Source of the DNA: the human T2T-CHM13v2.0 reference genome, Homo sapiens
NCBI RefSeq assembly: GCF_009914755.1
Contig: NC_060945.1
Strand: one strand, 5' to 3'
Length of the DNA: 64,000 bases
Positions 24,469 to 37,800 of this stretch are shown here, in pieces. A program made the position numbers and the translations under genes. How positions within the stretch are numbered: position 1 is the stretch's first letter; each line of letters starts with the position of its first letter. The notes below the pieces were generated by a model. The model made no database searches and was not told the DNA's origin. It saw only the letters and a list, made by a program, of their open reading frames with translations.

Positions 24469-24622
24469 TTAGAAACCAAAAAAAGAGAAGAAGATCAACC
24501 TTAAGATTAGCCACAAAACTGGGCTTTGATACCTAGGTGTGGAAAAGAAAGGGAAAGAGTTGATGTTTTGTCTTACAGCATCATTGTAGAAGAGGGTGTT
24601 TTTTTGTTTGTTTGTTTTTTGA

Positions 24623-24730
<108 letters not shown>

Positions 24731-24839
24731 TAGCTGGGACTACAGGTGCCCGCCACCCCGCCTGGCTAATTTTTTGTATTTTTAGTAGAGACGGGGTTTC
24801 ACTGTGTTAGCCAAGATGGTCTCTCTCCTGACCTCGTGA

Positions 24840-24935
<96 letters not shown>

Positions 24936-25916
24936 TAAAAACTTGGGCTCTTAACTTTTGTAATGATCCCAGGTGTTTGAGCTGGGGGTTGAGGGTGGGT
25001 GCCTCGAGCAAAGGGGCTGCATTTATTTGCATAATGCCATGTAAGAGTAGCTCTACACCCCAAACACAGGCTTCTTAGTGGGACCAAAGTATGATACAAA
25101 CTGAAGATGGAATGCAGAGGATTATTGGTACTTTGGAATATGCTTAAAAAAATTTTTTTTAAAGTATTTTTAAAAAATCAGGCAACCCCTGAACCAGAGT
25201 AGGTTCAGAGAAACTGCCAAATTTTATTTTCTTAGTTTGGGATTGGAAGCAAGTTAACAGAAGTTTATGAGTTAAGTTGCATTTAGTGATCTTTTGCCAT
25301 ATTTGAGTAATAATCTGATTTTTTTGTTTATAGATTTCTTCTTAAATTAACTTTATTCATCTTGCTAATTTAGTTTCAAATAGTGATTTGTAATGATCAG
25401 ATTTGATCCATTTCTGTAATTGCTGAAATTCCCCCGAGTTGCTTTTTGGCTTTACCGCCTCTGGTCTGGGAGGTGATTGCTCTGCTGCTTCCTGTAACTT
25501 GCCTGCCTTTCTCCCTGTGTGGGACTCCTGCGGGTGAGAGCGTGGCTGAAGACAGCCGTGTTATGAAAGGGCCTCCTGTGCTGTCGAGGTTGTGCTCTGT
25601 GAATGTCATCCCCTGGTGCACAGCAGCACCTTCTACACAGGATACAGTTGGAATGCCGCCCCCTCGAGTTGTGTAAGGCAGCAGCCTTGGCCCTTGCACA
25701 TAAGATGCTGTTGAATATTCTGCCTGCACCAAGTAAAGGGCACAGATAGAACTGCTTGGCATATGTTGCTGGGGAGATGAGTTTTTTGTAAAGTATACTA
25801 CGTTCTTAAGAATTTGGATCATAACCATGGGATTTTAATAATAGAAAAACTGTTGAAGATCAGTCTGGTCCCTTATTTTTACAGTGAAGAAGCCAAAGCC
25901 CAGAGAAGGGTGTTAA

Positions 25917-26258
<342 letters not shown>

Positions 26259-26432
26259 TAGACTTGTTTCTGTTCCCTTCTCACTGTGGCTGTACCAAGG
26301 TGTTGCTTATCCCAGAAGTCGTGATGCAGGTCAGCACTTTCTCCATGGGAAGTTTTAGCAGTGTTTCTTTTTAGAATGTATTTGGGAACTTTAATTCATA
26401 ATTTAGCTTTTTTTTCTTCTTCTTATAAATAG

Positions 26433-26502
26433 GCTGTACCAGTGCAGGTCCTCACTTTAATCCTCTATCCAGAAAACACGGTGGGCCAAAGGATGAAGAG
26501 AG
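26433..26502 (+). CDS. SOD1: SOD1 exon 3 (CTSAGPHFNPLSRKHGGPKDEER)
   Basis: aaatag|GC acceptor, AG|gtaaca donor, 70 nt, phase consistent. Confidence 0.99.
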
Positions 26503-27224
26503 GTAACAAGATGCTTAACTCTTGTAATAATGGCGATAGCTTTCTGGAGTTCATATGGTATACTACTTGTAAATATGTGCTAAGATAATTCCGTGTTTCC
26601 CCCACCTTTGCTTTTGAACTTGCTGACTCATCTAAACCCCTGCTCCCAAATGCTGGAATGCTTTTACTTCCTGGGCTTAAAGGAATTGACAAATGGGGAC
26701 ACTTAAAACGATTTGGTTTTGTAGCATTTATTGAATATAGAACTAATACAAGTGCCAAAGGGGAACTAATACAGGAAATGTCATGAACAGTACTGTCAAC
26801 CACTAGCAAAATCAATCATCATTGTGAAACATAGGAAGCTTCTGTAGATAAAAAAAAAAATTGATACTGAAAACTAGTCGAGACTCCATTTATATGTGTA
26901 TGTTTTCTGAAAGCCTTTCAGAAAAATATTAAATTTAAGGACAAGATTTTTATATCAGAGGCCTTGGGACATAGCTTTGTTAGCTATGCCAGTAATTAAC
27001 AGGCATAACTCAGTAACTGAGAGTTTACCCTTTGGTACTTCTGAAATCAGGTGCAGCCCCATCTTTCTTCCCAGAGCATTAGTGTGTAGACGTGAAGCCT
27101 TGTTTGAAGAGCTGTATTTAGAATGCCTAGCTACTTGTTTGCAAATTTGTGTCTACTCAGTCAAGTTTTAATTTAGCTCATGAACTACCTTGATGTTTAG
27201 TGGCATCAGCCCTAATCCATCTGA

Positions 27225-27431
<207 letters not shown>

Positions 27432-28441
27432 TAGTCGCGGTTTCTAAAGATCCAGATAAACTGTACTTGCAGTTCAAATTAGGAAAAGCAATTTTATTGG
27501 ACAATTACGGTGAAAATGAATTATTTTATCTAGGTCAGTTAAGAACACTGTTCTGCTAAGATGCAGTAAAAAGCAGGTTACATTTGACCATATTAGATCT
27601 GAGTTTGGAAAACAGAAGTAGTCTTTAGTTTTAAAATGGCCAGATTTTCTTGCCAGGATTGGGTTTCTCACTTGTTAAACAGAACATTTTGTTAAGTTTA
27701 AAACCTGGGATGGACTTAAGTATTCATGTTCATTCATGTTCATTCAGGACTGCAGGTTATCATGACTTGTTTAACTTGTGGGAAGCTGTTGTCCCAAGTT
27801 ATCCTGGGGAACTGCATCTGGTTCTTGCAAAATACCAAGTAGACAGGCTCTCTTTTACCTCCCCTTGAGGGCATTAACATTCAGTAGTCACTTCCATTCA
27901 GTTAACCCTTTATTTTTATGGTTTTTCTTGAGCCATAGTTGTAAAGCAGAAAAATCATTTATAAAGGTTTGTTGAACAAAATTCAAAATACTGTTGCTAA
28001 AGTATTAAGATTTTTTAGGATTATACCTTACTTATAGGCCTGTCATTCATTTGGCATGAAATTTTGAGTTTTATTCACTTTCACTTTCCTTTTTTTCCAA
28101 AGCAATTAAAAAAACTGCCAAAGTAAGAGTGACTGCGGAACTAAGGTTACTGTAACTTACCATGGAGGATTAAGGGTAGCGTGTGGTGGTCTACAACATA
28201 GTTATTTGGGTTTTAGTATTTCATTTAGACAGCAACACTTACCTAATGTTTAAAGGTAATGTCTTTGCAACACCAAGAAAAAGCTTTGAGTAGTAGTTTC
28301 TACTTTTAAACTACTAAATATTAGTATATCTCTCTACTAGGATTAATGTTATTTTTCTAATATTATGAGGTTCTTAAACATCTTTTGGGTATTGTTGGGA
28401 GGAGGTAGTGATTACTTGACAGCCCAAAGTTATCTTCTTAA

Positions 28442-28561
<120 letters not shown>

Positions 28562-28915
28562 ACATTCCCTTGGATGTAGTCTGAGGCCCCTTAACTCATC
28601 TGTTATCCTGCTAGCTGTAGAAATGTATCCTGATAAACATTAAACACTGTAATCTTAAAAGTGTAATTGTGTGACTTTTTCAGAGTTGCTTTAAAGTACC
28701 TGTAGTGAGAAACTGATTTATGATCACTTGGAAGATTTGTATAGTTTTATAAAACTCAGTTAAAATGTCTGTTTCAATGACCTGTATTTTGCCAGACTTA
28801 AATCACAGATGGGTATTAAACTTGTCAGAATTTCTTTGTCATTCAAGCCTGTGAATAAAAACCCTGTATGGCACTTATTATGAGGCTATTAAAAGAATCC
28901 AAATTCAAACTAAAT
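28562..28915 (+). terminator. SOD1: SOD1 3' UTR with tandem polyA signals (ATTAAA 28639, ATTAAA 28815, AATAAA 28854, ATTAAA 28888)
   Basis: hexamers read directly; consistent with the known short and long SOD1 mRNAs; exact 3' end approximate. Confidence 0.85.
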
Positions 28916-30617
28916 TAGCTCTGATACTTATTTATATAAACAGCTTCAGTGGAACAGATTTAGTAATACTAACAGTGATAGCATTTTATTTTGAAAGTGT
29001 TTTGAGACCATCAAAATGCATACTTTAAAACAGCAGGTCTTTTAGCTAAAACTAACACAACTCTGCTTAGACAAATAGGCTGTCCTTTGAAAGCTTTAGG
29101 GAAATGTTCCTGCTTAGTCATTTTAGCATTTTGATTCATAAAGTACCTCCTCATTTTAAAAAGACATTATGATGTAAGAGAGCCATTTGATAACTTTTTA
29201 GTGAGCTTTGAAAGGCAAGTTACAGCCTCAGCTAGCTAGTAAGATTATCTACCTGCCAGAATGGCACAAATTCTACATTCAAGGGTAGACGCTGGCACAA
29301 CCTACTTACAGATTAGCCCTTTAAAGCAATCTGTAGCATTAGAAGATGGAACCAAGGAAATGTTTGACTGTGGGTTCTGGCTGTTGAGAAATAATTTACA
29401 CACCGAATTAGTGAAATGAGTCACTTTCTCTTAATGTATTTATGTACCTGAGAGAATGCTTTTCAATGTTAACCTAACTCAGGTTTGACTAAATTATTCA
29501 ATTGGAAATTGTAGAATATTATTTCTGATAAACCAGAAATAAGTGAAATGCTGTTTGTTCATAAATATGTACTTTATCAAATGTAGGAGAGATCATTTAG
29601 GAGAGGAAAAGCTAAATTGGAAGACAAATCTGTAGTGTTTCCAAAGTTTTAAAATTATGGTAAACAACAGTATGTTCACAGTAAGTGGTTAAAACAACCA
29701 TTCTTTAAATCTCAGTAGAGAATTTTTAAAAAGCAGTATTTAACACATTTCCCTAATGTAGTTTGTTGCCTATGTGGAATAACTCAATTAGAGACTCACT
29801 TATGCCTTTTGAAACTTCAAATATAATTACACTACCAGTTTTTACATGTGCATATAGGATGGTCCCAATACTTTAAATTGGAAATACAGGCTGTAAGTCC
29901 TTCAAGTCTGGATGTTGGGTAATCACGTTTTCTTCCAGAAGCCATTTGTTAGGACTTTAAAACTTCTCAGTGGGCCAGTGTAAAATTAAGGACAAGTTTT
30001 ATAATTTAAATTTACAGATAAATATAAAACAATTTTCTCTCATTTTCTAAAGGCAGGAATATAAGGACATTGCCCTAGATATATTCTCCCCATCAAACCA
30101 AAGGTCTTGCTGCTGAGTATTATTTAAAAACCAGAGTAATAAAGCAGCTTCGCCTGAGGATGAAGGCAAAGACAAAGTTAACTGCTCAGCATACTGAAAC
30201 CAGGAGTTTGAAAAAGTAATTCAAAACAACTTCAAGGCCATAAATACTTGGATAGTGTGACATCAGGTCTTGGCACTGGATTTCCTGCAATTTCAGATGA
30301 AGGCTTGACTTGGCTTTAGATGTTTTCATGTGATAATTCTTGGATAACCTACAACGATTTTTCCTATTTAACCCACCAACTTTAAGCAAAAGAAAGAACG
30401 TATATGTGGGGGAAAAGTTCGTTTACCTCTGCCCCGCAGGGGAATTAAAACGCTGGTGAAGAAAGGCAACAGGCAAGGCTTATATAAGGAAACAGTAGTA
30501 GGCTGCACTGAAGTCCTCAAACACAACAAAAAGCTCTTAGGTTGCAAATGTTAACCTTGATTCTTTTACCCTTTTGAAAAATTCAATGGGATGGTTGGGA
30601 AAAAAAAAAAACCACAG

Positions 30618-30635
30618 ACACACACACACACACAC
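30618..30635 (+). repeat. (AC)9 microsatellite between SOD1 and SCAF4
   Basis: read directly. Confidence 0.95.
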
Positions 30636-31009
30636 GCAACCTTCTAACGTAATACCCAGGCAGTCCGATAATTTATAGTACAACGTGTAACACTGGGATC
30701 CAACTTTTCACCCAGCAAAATCTCCTTACAAATTAGGGCAACATATACCACAAAGCCAATGGAAAAAAAAAGAAAACCTCGATTGAATTGCAAACACAGC
30801 TTTTCAATTGACATTAAAACAACTAACCTTTACCTTATGACTGAGCACTAAAAATCAAAAGTATTACATATGAAAGTGAGAATAACTACATAAAATGTCT
30901 ATTTTCATCAAATAAGTCTAATTTAGACTCCAATACAGTATTAACAGCTCAAACTTTGACGGTGAACAATCCTTTTCCACCTTAATGCAGTGTAGGAAGA
31001 ATAGCACAC

Positions 31010-31382
31010 ATTAAAGTTTGTTACGAAAATAGAGTTTATTAAAAACATCCCTATTGTTTTGAGGAGCTTTCACCGTTACCTTGTCTTAAATTAAAAAAAA
31101 AAAAAAAAATAGAGAGCACTTCTAATTACGATTTGTAAACTTTTTAAAGTCAAAACTTTTAAAAAGTTACAGCAAAAAGGGTAATATTTATTCATATTTT
31201 CAGTATTTTTTGTTATTTTGTGGCTATTTTTAAATAGAAGGGAAGCAATCAAATTGCTTACAGTTCCCCACCAGCTGGCGCGGGGCTGCAGTACAGCGGG
31301 AGCGGATATAATACAGCATCTGTACACCTCAAGCTCTACACTCCAGGAAGTGTCACTGTCACATTTTCACAAATTCCAGTCT
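31010..31382 (-). terminator. SCAF4: SCAF4 3' UTR with AATAAA polyA signal at 31035-31040
   Basis: TTTATT on + strand ~345 nt beyond the stop; cleavage site approximate. Confidence 0.8.
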
Positions 31383-32338
31383 CTAACGAGGAGCCTCTGC
31401 TGCTGAGCCAGAATCCTTTTCGGGTTCAACGGATGAGGTAGCCTCAGCAGGTAACTCTTCAGAAGGCTTTAGGACTGCAGCCTCAGACACCCCCTTCTCA
31501 AGTTCTGAAGCAGTGTCTACATTTCCCACTTGGCTAATGGGAGGTTCAACGGTTTTGTTACCACCTGCCCTGTCTGTCACCTCAGGCTTTTCCTTTCCTC
31601 GGGCTTCTTCCTTCTCTCTACGAGACTCTCTATCTCTAGAATCTCTCTCTCTGTCTCGATGCCCACTAGAGCGTCTATTTCTCTCTTCCAAGTCTCTGTG
31701 CCTGTCCCGGTCAGGGCTCCTCCTTCCCCACTCTCTCCTGTCACGGTTACTATTATCTCTATCATCATTACGGTTCCCATACCGTTCCCGGTCATTTTCC
31801 ACCCTATTTCCAAAAGATCTTCTTCCAAACCTTTCTTGGTCTCTACCTGAATTGAACTGCTGCCTGTTATCATTTCTAAACTGCTGTGGCTGCTGCTGTG
31901 TTGGTGGAGGCTGTTGTGATGGTGGTGGCTGCTGCTGCTGCTGCTGCTGTGGTTGCTGGGGCGCCTGCGGCTGTGGCTGCTGCTGTGGCTGCTGCGGCGG
32001 CTGTTGCCTTCCGTCTCTGTCTTCAGGACCCCCTGGGCCTGGCCCTGGGCCCCCGAGCCCTGGCATTCCACCAGGCCTAACAAAGGGGCCATGCGGTGGG
32101 AAGGGACCTTTCATTCCATGAGGTGGAGGCATCGCAAAGCCCCCTGGTCCTGGCGGTGGGCCTCTGTGCATCATGTGCGGTGGCATGGGACGGGGCGGCA
32201 TCAAAGGGAACCGCTGTAAGTGAGGTGGGGGCATTCCTGGAGGGCGCTGGAGTGGGATGAGACCGGGCCGGGCGCCAAGAAGACCAGTAGATGGTGCCTG
32301 AAGTCCAATTACAGGACCAGGGGCAACTCCTTGAGTGC
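31383..32338 (-). CDS. SCAF4: SCAF4 terminal exon 20 coding part (Pro/Gly-rich, polyQ, RE/RD-rich tail, ends ...GSAAEAPR*)
   Basis: ttttag|GC acceptor, TAG at 31383-31385, 956 nt; in-window exons total 3285 nt, which with 159 nt from exons 1-3 (recalled) gives a 1147-aa protein. Confidence 0.98.
31929..31949 (-). repeat. SCAF4: (CAG)7 polyglutamine-coding repeat in SCAF4 exon 20
   Basis: (CTG)7 on the + strand within a longer imperfect Q/P tract. Confidence 0.95.
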
Positions 32339-34879
32339 CTAAAAGACGACAAAAATAAAAATGTAAACACCACCGAAGATGGCACTCCAGTTTCAGCTGT
32401 GTTCTGTGGCGCTTAAAGCAAAATAAAATTCAACCCACAATCTTCAAATTTCATAGTTTGCCACTCTGTCACAAACCCAGTGTGAGGCCTAGTAACAACC
32501 TAAGGCAAGCAATTGCAAAGACATTTTTAAAGTATCTAATACAGGTAGAGGCCAGAATAAACTGGGAAATAAAATAGTAATGGTAATACCAATTTTCAAA
32601 GAGTATGTCAAAATCTCCTGTAGCTTTCATTAGAAGCTGTCTTCCCACTCCAAATACATTTGAGAAACACAGTGTGCTAAGTCCTAATGAGATAAATACA
32701 TTCACTATCAGTAACTATTCAAGCTAACTAAGCATACTGCAGGTGCACACTTAGAAAATTTACACCCCGTCTTATTACTAGAAAAAAATGAGGTCACTGA
32801 CCTAGAAAACCCAGGAAAGAGGAAGATCTCTTTGACTCCATGCTACACTTAGTCCATATTATTAAAATGCCTCATGCAGTTACTATGCAATGTGCATCAA
32901 ATAAACACTAATGTCTACAAAACAAAGATCCATACACAAATGTGAAGTTTACTGTTACAGTTCCTTTTTCAAGGCACAGCATGATATTTAACTTGCGAGG
33001 CCATCACGACCTGAATAATGCTCAATGTTCAGCTGTTCACCTTCTATTCATTATTTCTATTCATTCTTCCAAAGGTGGCAAGTCTGGTAAGGTTGGTGCT
33101 GCTGAAATAACAATGACTTCTTGGTTTTATTTTCCTATCTACATGAGGGTTTGCTCATACTGATATAAGAGTCACGCAAGTTCAACAACCTGTCATTTTC
33201 TGCTTGGGGTTCACCACTTAGGTACAGAAAAGCATTGGAATCTCTCAATTTATCCTTTTGCAAATATAAATAAGACAAATACTATAATACTATGATTGAA
33301 AGGAGTTATTCTGATAATGGAAAATGTTCCAGGTACTGTTAAGAACATGCTATTTACCCATGTGCTGCAGAAAGGTCTTTGAGCAAGTTATGGGTTATGA
33401 TCAGTTAGCAATGGTAAGAAAAATACTTGGGTGACACTGACAGAAAAATGACCAATTGGGAAATGCTGATTACCACAGCAAAAGCGCCAGAAATTGTGAA
33501 ATGGATGAGGTGATGGCTCTGTCCCTTCACAGGCTCTTCAGACACTTTGGGAAAATCCCAATGAACAAGTACAGGACACCAGCTACACTGTATCTCAGAT
33601 AGAAATAAAACACTCTTCACATCATTTGGGAAATATTTACCGAGTATATACCATACACTGGGGCAACAGAAGCACATGTCCTTGCTTTCACTTTGTAAAG
33701 AAATAGTGTAGTTCCAACACCTGTGGACTTTAATCCAAAACATAAAATGTATATGCCCAGGCACAGTCTCTTTTAATAGAGGGATCATTATATAGAAACA
33801 CCTGAAACAAACTGAACTTTACTTTCCCATTACCTTTTATCAGTAAAGATTTGTTTTCCAGGACTAAAATGACCAATGTTTACTGTTAACGGAGGTCAGC
33901 ATAGCACATTCTGGTGCCTATCTATAGGTTCAAGTGGCCAAGCCAAATTATAAAATAACACCAGAAAAACGGGGGAAACAGTTTCAAAGCATCTTATTAT
34001 AACAAGAGAATTTAGTTGAGATGAGTCTTCAAAAGGAAAGTGATTCCTGAAGGGCAATGGGAAGGTCCTACTCCTGATGCCCCATTGACTTGGCTTCCTC
34101 AAGTATCTGACAGTGGCCAAAGGATGCAAAGCCACCTCAACTTTGTACAGAAGAGAGAAAATGGGCCCTGATGATAAAATACAAACCCCAGACTGAAGGA
34201 CCACATCTCTTAAGTACTTTACAGCATTCATTTGAGGGTATAAATTAACAGGGTTAAAATTTACAATAATCATATAAACCTTATATAAAAGCACAATTTT
34301 TATAAAGAATTGCCTACTTGTTTGATACATGTGGATATTTGTGTGTGGGATTTGCTTAAAACATTATACACTCAAATCCTTTCCCTTCTTCGTAAATAAA
34401 GCTAAAAAGATGTGGCCAGCTGGGTTTCCTTTTAACCCTTTGAGAGCCAACTAAATTTATAGATTCCTGATAGAATATGCCCATAGCCCCAGATGGCCTT
34501 CAGACCACAAAAAAAATTTTATCTGTAGTTCCTTTTATTCCCTTTTGCAGTGAACATGTAATGCTTTTATAACCAGTTATATTAAAAACACATTAGGTGG
34601 CAGAAGACTGGCAAGCATGCTAGCTAGGAAGTCCTTATTAGGAAAGCTGGCATTAGGCATAAACCATCAGTATATTGTGAGTTACCCAGGTGAAAAGGGC
34701 ATTCAAAGCAATTGTTCATTTCATTTGGAAATATGACGTGTGATATCACTGATGAGTTTTCTAAAGTTATAAATTTTTAAAAAACCCAATTCATTCATAT
34801 TATGTATTAAATATCTGAATTTTCTATTAACTCATTTAATAGTCCTTTCCTTCAAAAGGGACAGTTTGGTAGAAATAGA

Positions 34880-37800
34880 CAAATTTCAATTGCTGTAGGA
34901 GATGGCACAAGCTAGCATGGTGGTATAGAGGTGGGACTCATAAAGCTGGTGTGTGAATCTGAGTGGCAGTCATCGGGGGTGTCTGAATTGGATCTCAAAG
35001 GAAAATGCACAAGGCCAGTGAGTTAAGGAAGGACGTTACTATCAAGACATTACTAGCAGCTTTTGAAAAGGCATATAGCAAGGTAAAGCAGTGGTGTGTG
35101 TGGTTCAGAGAACCACAATAAAATGACTTGATGAAAACTAAGAAGAAAGGAGAAAATACAGATGAGGTTTATGAAGCTAAAGAGATAAGTCAGGGCAATT
35201 CACAGGCCCTATATGCCATAAGGAGGAACCTGGACTTTGACCTCTAGTGGTGCAGAAAACCAAGTAATTTTTAGCAGGGATAAATGATTCTATGATTGTT
35301 TTTGATAGATCCTTCTGGCAAGTAGTGTATAGGATAGCTAAGAGGGGAAGGCCCCTCGAGAGTAGTTAGGCACTTATTCGGAGAATCCAGCAGTGACAGT
35401 GATAGTGACAAGAGACTGAAGTGAGAGGTGCTAGAGATGGAGGACACACTGAAGACATTTAGTGGACAGGAAGGACAGGGTGTAAGCGATGAAGGAACAC
35501 AGCTCTCTGCCTTAACTGAGCGGATGCAGCTGTCAACGCAAGATCAGAAGAGTGATGGTGTTAACTCCCCCGGAATATAGGTGAAACAAAAAAGGGCTCA
35601 GACCTGGGAAACAAATTTTTAATACAGCGAGGCATTAGGGCAGACCAAAACAGTGATGGCTCTAAGTGCCTGAATTCAAATTTGGGAAGTATGGAAAACA
35701 CACTGGAGTTTAACTAAAAATAACCAAGAATCTGTAAATATTTCCTATGACGATCCAAAAAACAGTTGATTTACAATTACAAAAGGGGGTGGGGAGACAC
35801 CATTGCCATCTACAGCAAAGATGCCTGAAATGGTGTGAAATAAAGAACAAGTACATTAAAGGGCTACGGGGGAGGTGGGAGAAAGGAAGGTTGATTTCAT
35901 AGTTGGAGTCCAACGTGGACCTTGAAATCTCCGGAGAATGTGCATAAGGGATACAAAAGGCATATAATGAATAGGGTGGCTTTCTGTCAAGGACCACAGA
36001 GTGTACGCAGTCAGGGAGACAGATATAAAACATAAAATGTAAAAGGTCTGATTTAAATATTGTGGGAGTGACCAACTGCATCAGTTGCAGAGGATTTTGC
36101 AGAGGATGCAAAATTTCAGTGAGATCTTTACAGAAAAAGAGGAACGACTCAGTTCCTCTACCTGTTTTGGTCAACAACCCTATCTTCCATTCTACCAGAG
36201 CCACCATCTCTAGGAGCTCTAGATGTTTGATCACTAATAAAGTCATTACTTCCAAATTCCCAATTTCAAGTACCCCACTCTTTACCTGCTTCTCCTCTTT
36301 CCAGGTTATTCTCTCCAGATCTCCTTTCCCCAAACAATCTTCAATCCCACCAGGCTCATGCCTCACAAGGCCCTTCATGTTTTTATCTTAATCCTTACCT
36401 GCTCTGGAGTCCATGGCTCTCCCTCACCATATCTGCCTGGAAAATCCCCAACATTGGTTTTAAATGCAACTCTTCTGCCTAATCTCCACCTGGACATGGA
36501 GTATGCTGACTGCTCTCATTTCAAATTTCTGTAATTACAACCCAAGTGGACCCTTCATTCTGGCCAGTAATCTAACATTTTCCTAGTCAATCCACATTCT
36601 CATGTCCTGGATGAGGACACATGTTCAAGGTCCTCCTTCATCCTGTCTACTCTTAGTTGTTTTGTTTGGTAATTTCAGTAAGGTAAAATTCACACATCCT
36701 GTAATTTACCCACATAAATGTACTATTCAATGGTTTTAGTATATTCACAGAATTGGGCAACTATCACAATCAACTTTAGAACATTTTTATTACCCTAAAA
36801 GGAAATCCTGCATCCGTGGGCCATCTCTATTTCCCCAGCTTTCCCCTCATCTGTCCCAGCCCCAAGCAACCACATAATGTTTTCTGTCTCTGTGGGTTTA
36901 CCTATTAACATTCTGTATAAATGGAATCATAAAATATGTGGTCCTGTGTGACTGACTTTTGCTTGGCGTATCTTCTCAAGGTTCATCCATGTTGCATGTT
37001 TAAGTCCTTCATTTTTTATTACTAATATTCCGTGATATGAATATACCATATTTTAGTTACCCTAGTTGGCTTATCATTTTTTTAAAAAGGTCTTTAGAAA
37101 AAGACTTTTTCATCCACCCACATGCCACCAAATCTACCAATTTACCTGCACCTGAATCCACATTACTCCTACTGTCTGTGACTGTCCGTGCTCCAATGGT
37201 TACACCTGTTATTTGTACCCTGGATCTGTCCCCTCTCACCTACATAACAACCGAGCACATAGCCCTTCTTGCTTGCACCAACATTCTCCCCTCTACTGGG
37301 CTTCCCAATCATAAGTATGCTGTAGTTTTTGCCCATCTTTCAGAAACAAGAACAAAAATTAAAAACTCCCTCACCCTGCATCTCCTTTCAGGTATCACCC
37401 CATCTTGTTTTTCTCCTCTATAGCAAATCTCCTGAGATGTTCAAAATCCTAATTGTATCCTTCATCTCCCAGTCTCTCACAACCCTATGTAACTGGGCTT
37501 TTGAACTCATCAATCCAATGAAAGCACTTTTCTCACAGTCACCAGGAGCCTTCATTTTGCTACATCCAGCTGCCAAGTCGCAGCGCTCTTTCTTGATCCA
37601 TCAGTGTCATCTGATAGTTCACCTCTCTCCCCCTCTTTCCTGCCTAGAAACTCTACTTGGCTTTCAGATTATCTCCCTCTACATTTTTATCCTAGCCCAC
37701 GGGCTGTACCTTCTCAGCATCCTTTGCTGGAGAGTACAGTATAGATAGTGGTCAAAAGCACAGGCTCCTGTTGGAGTGGGGCTACCTTGAATTCTAACAC

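Noticed and set aside
31929-31949. CAG repeat expansion in SCAF4
   Set aside because: Only 7 pure units, the ordinary length
31513-32121. 202-aa + strand ORF with a poly-Cys/Gly stretch antisense to SCAF4 exon 20
   Set aside because: Mirror of the CAG/CCA/AGA-rich codons on the coding strand; no promoter or splice evidence
33786-33820. Another minus-strand acceptor-like site (ttcagtttgtttcag|GTG) with an immediate stop
   Set aside because: No convincing donor or coding character; it also shows that such acceptors occur by chance, which tempers the other cryptic-exon calls
35710-36378. 222-aa minus-strand ORF in SCAF4 intron 19
   Set aside because: Overlaps degenerate L2-like sequence and has no recognisable domain
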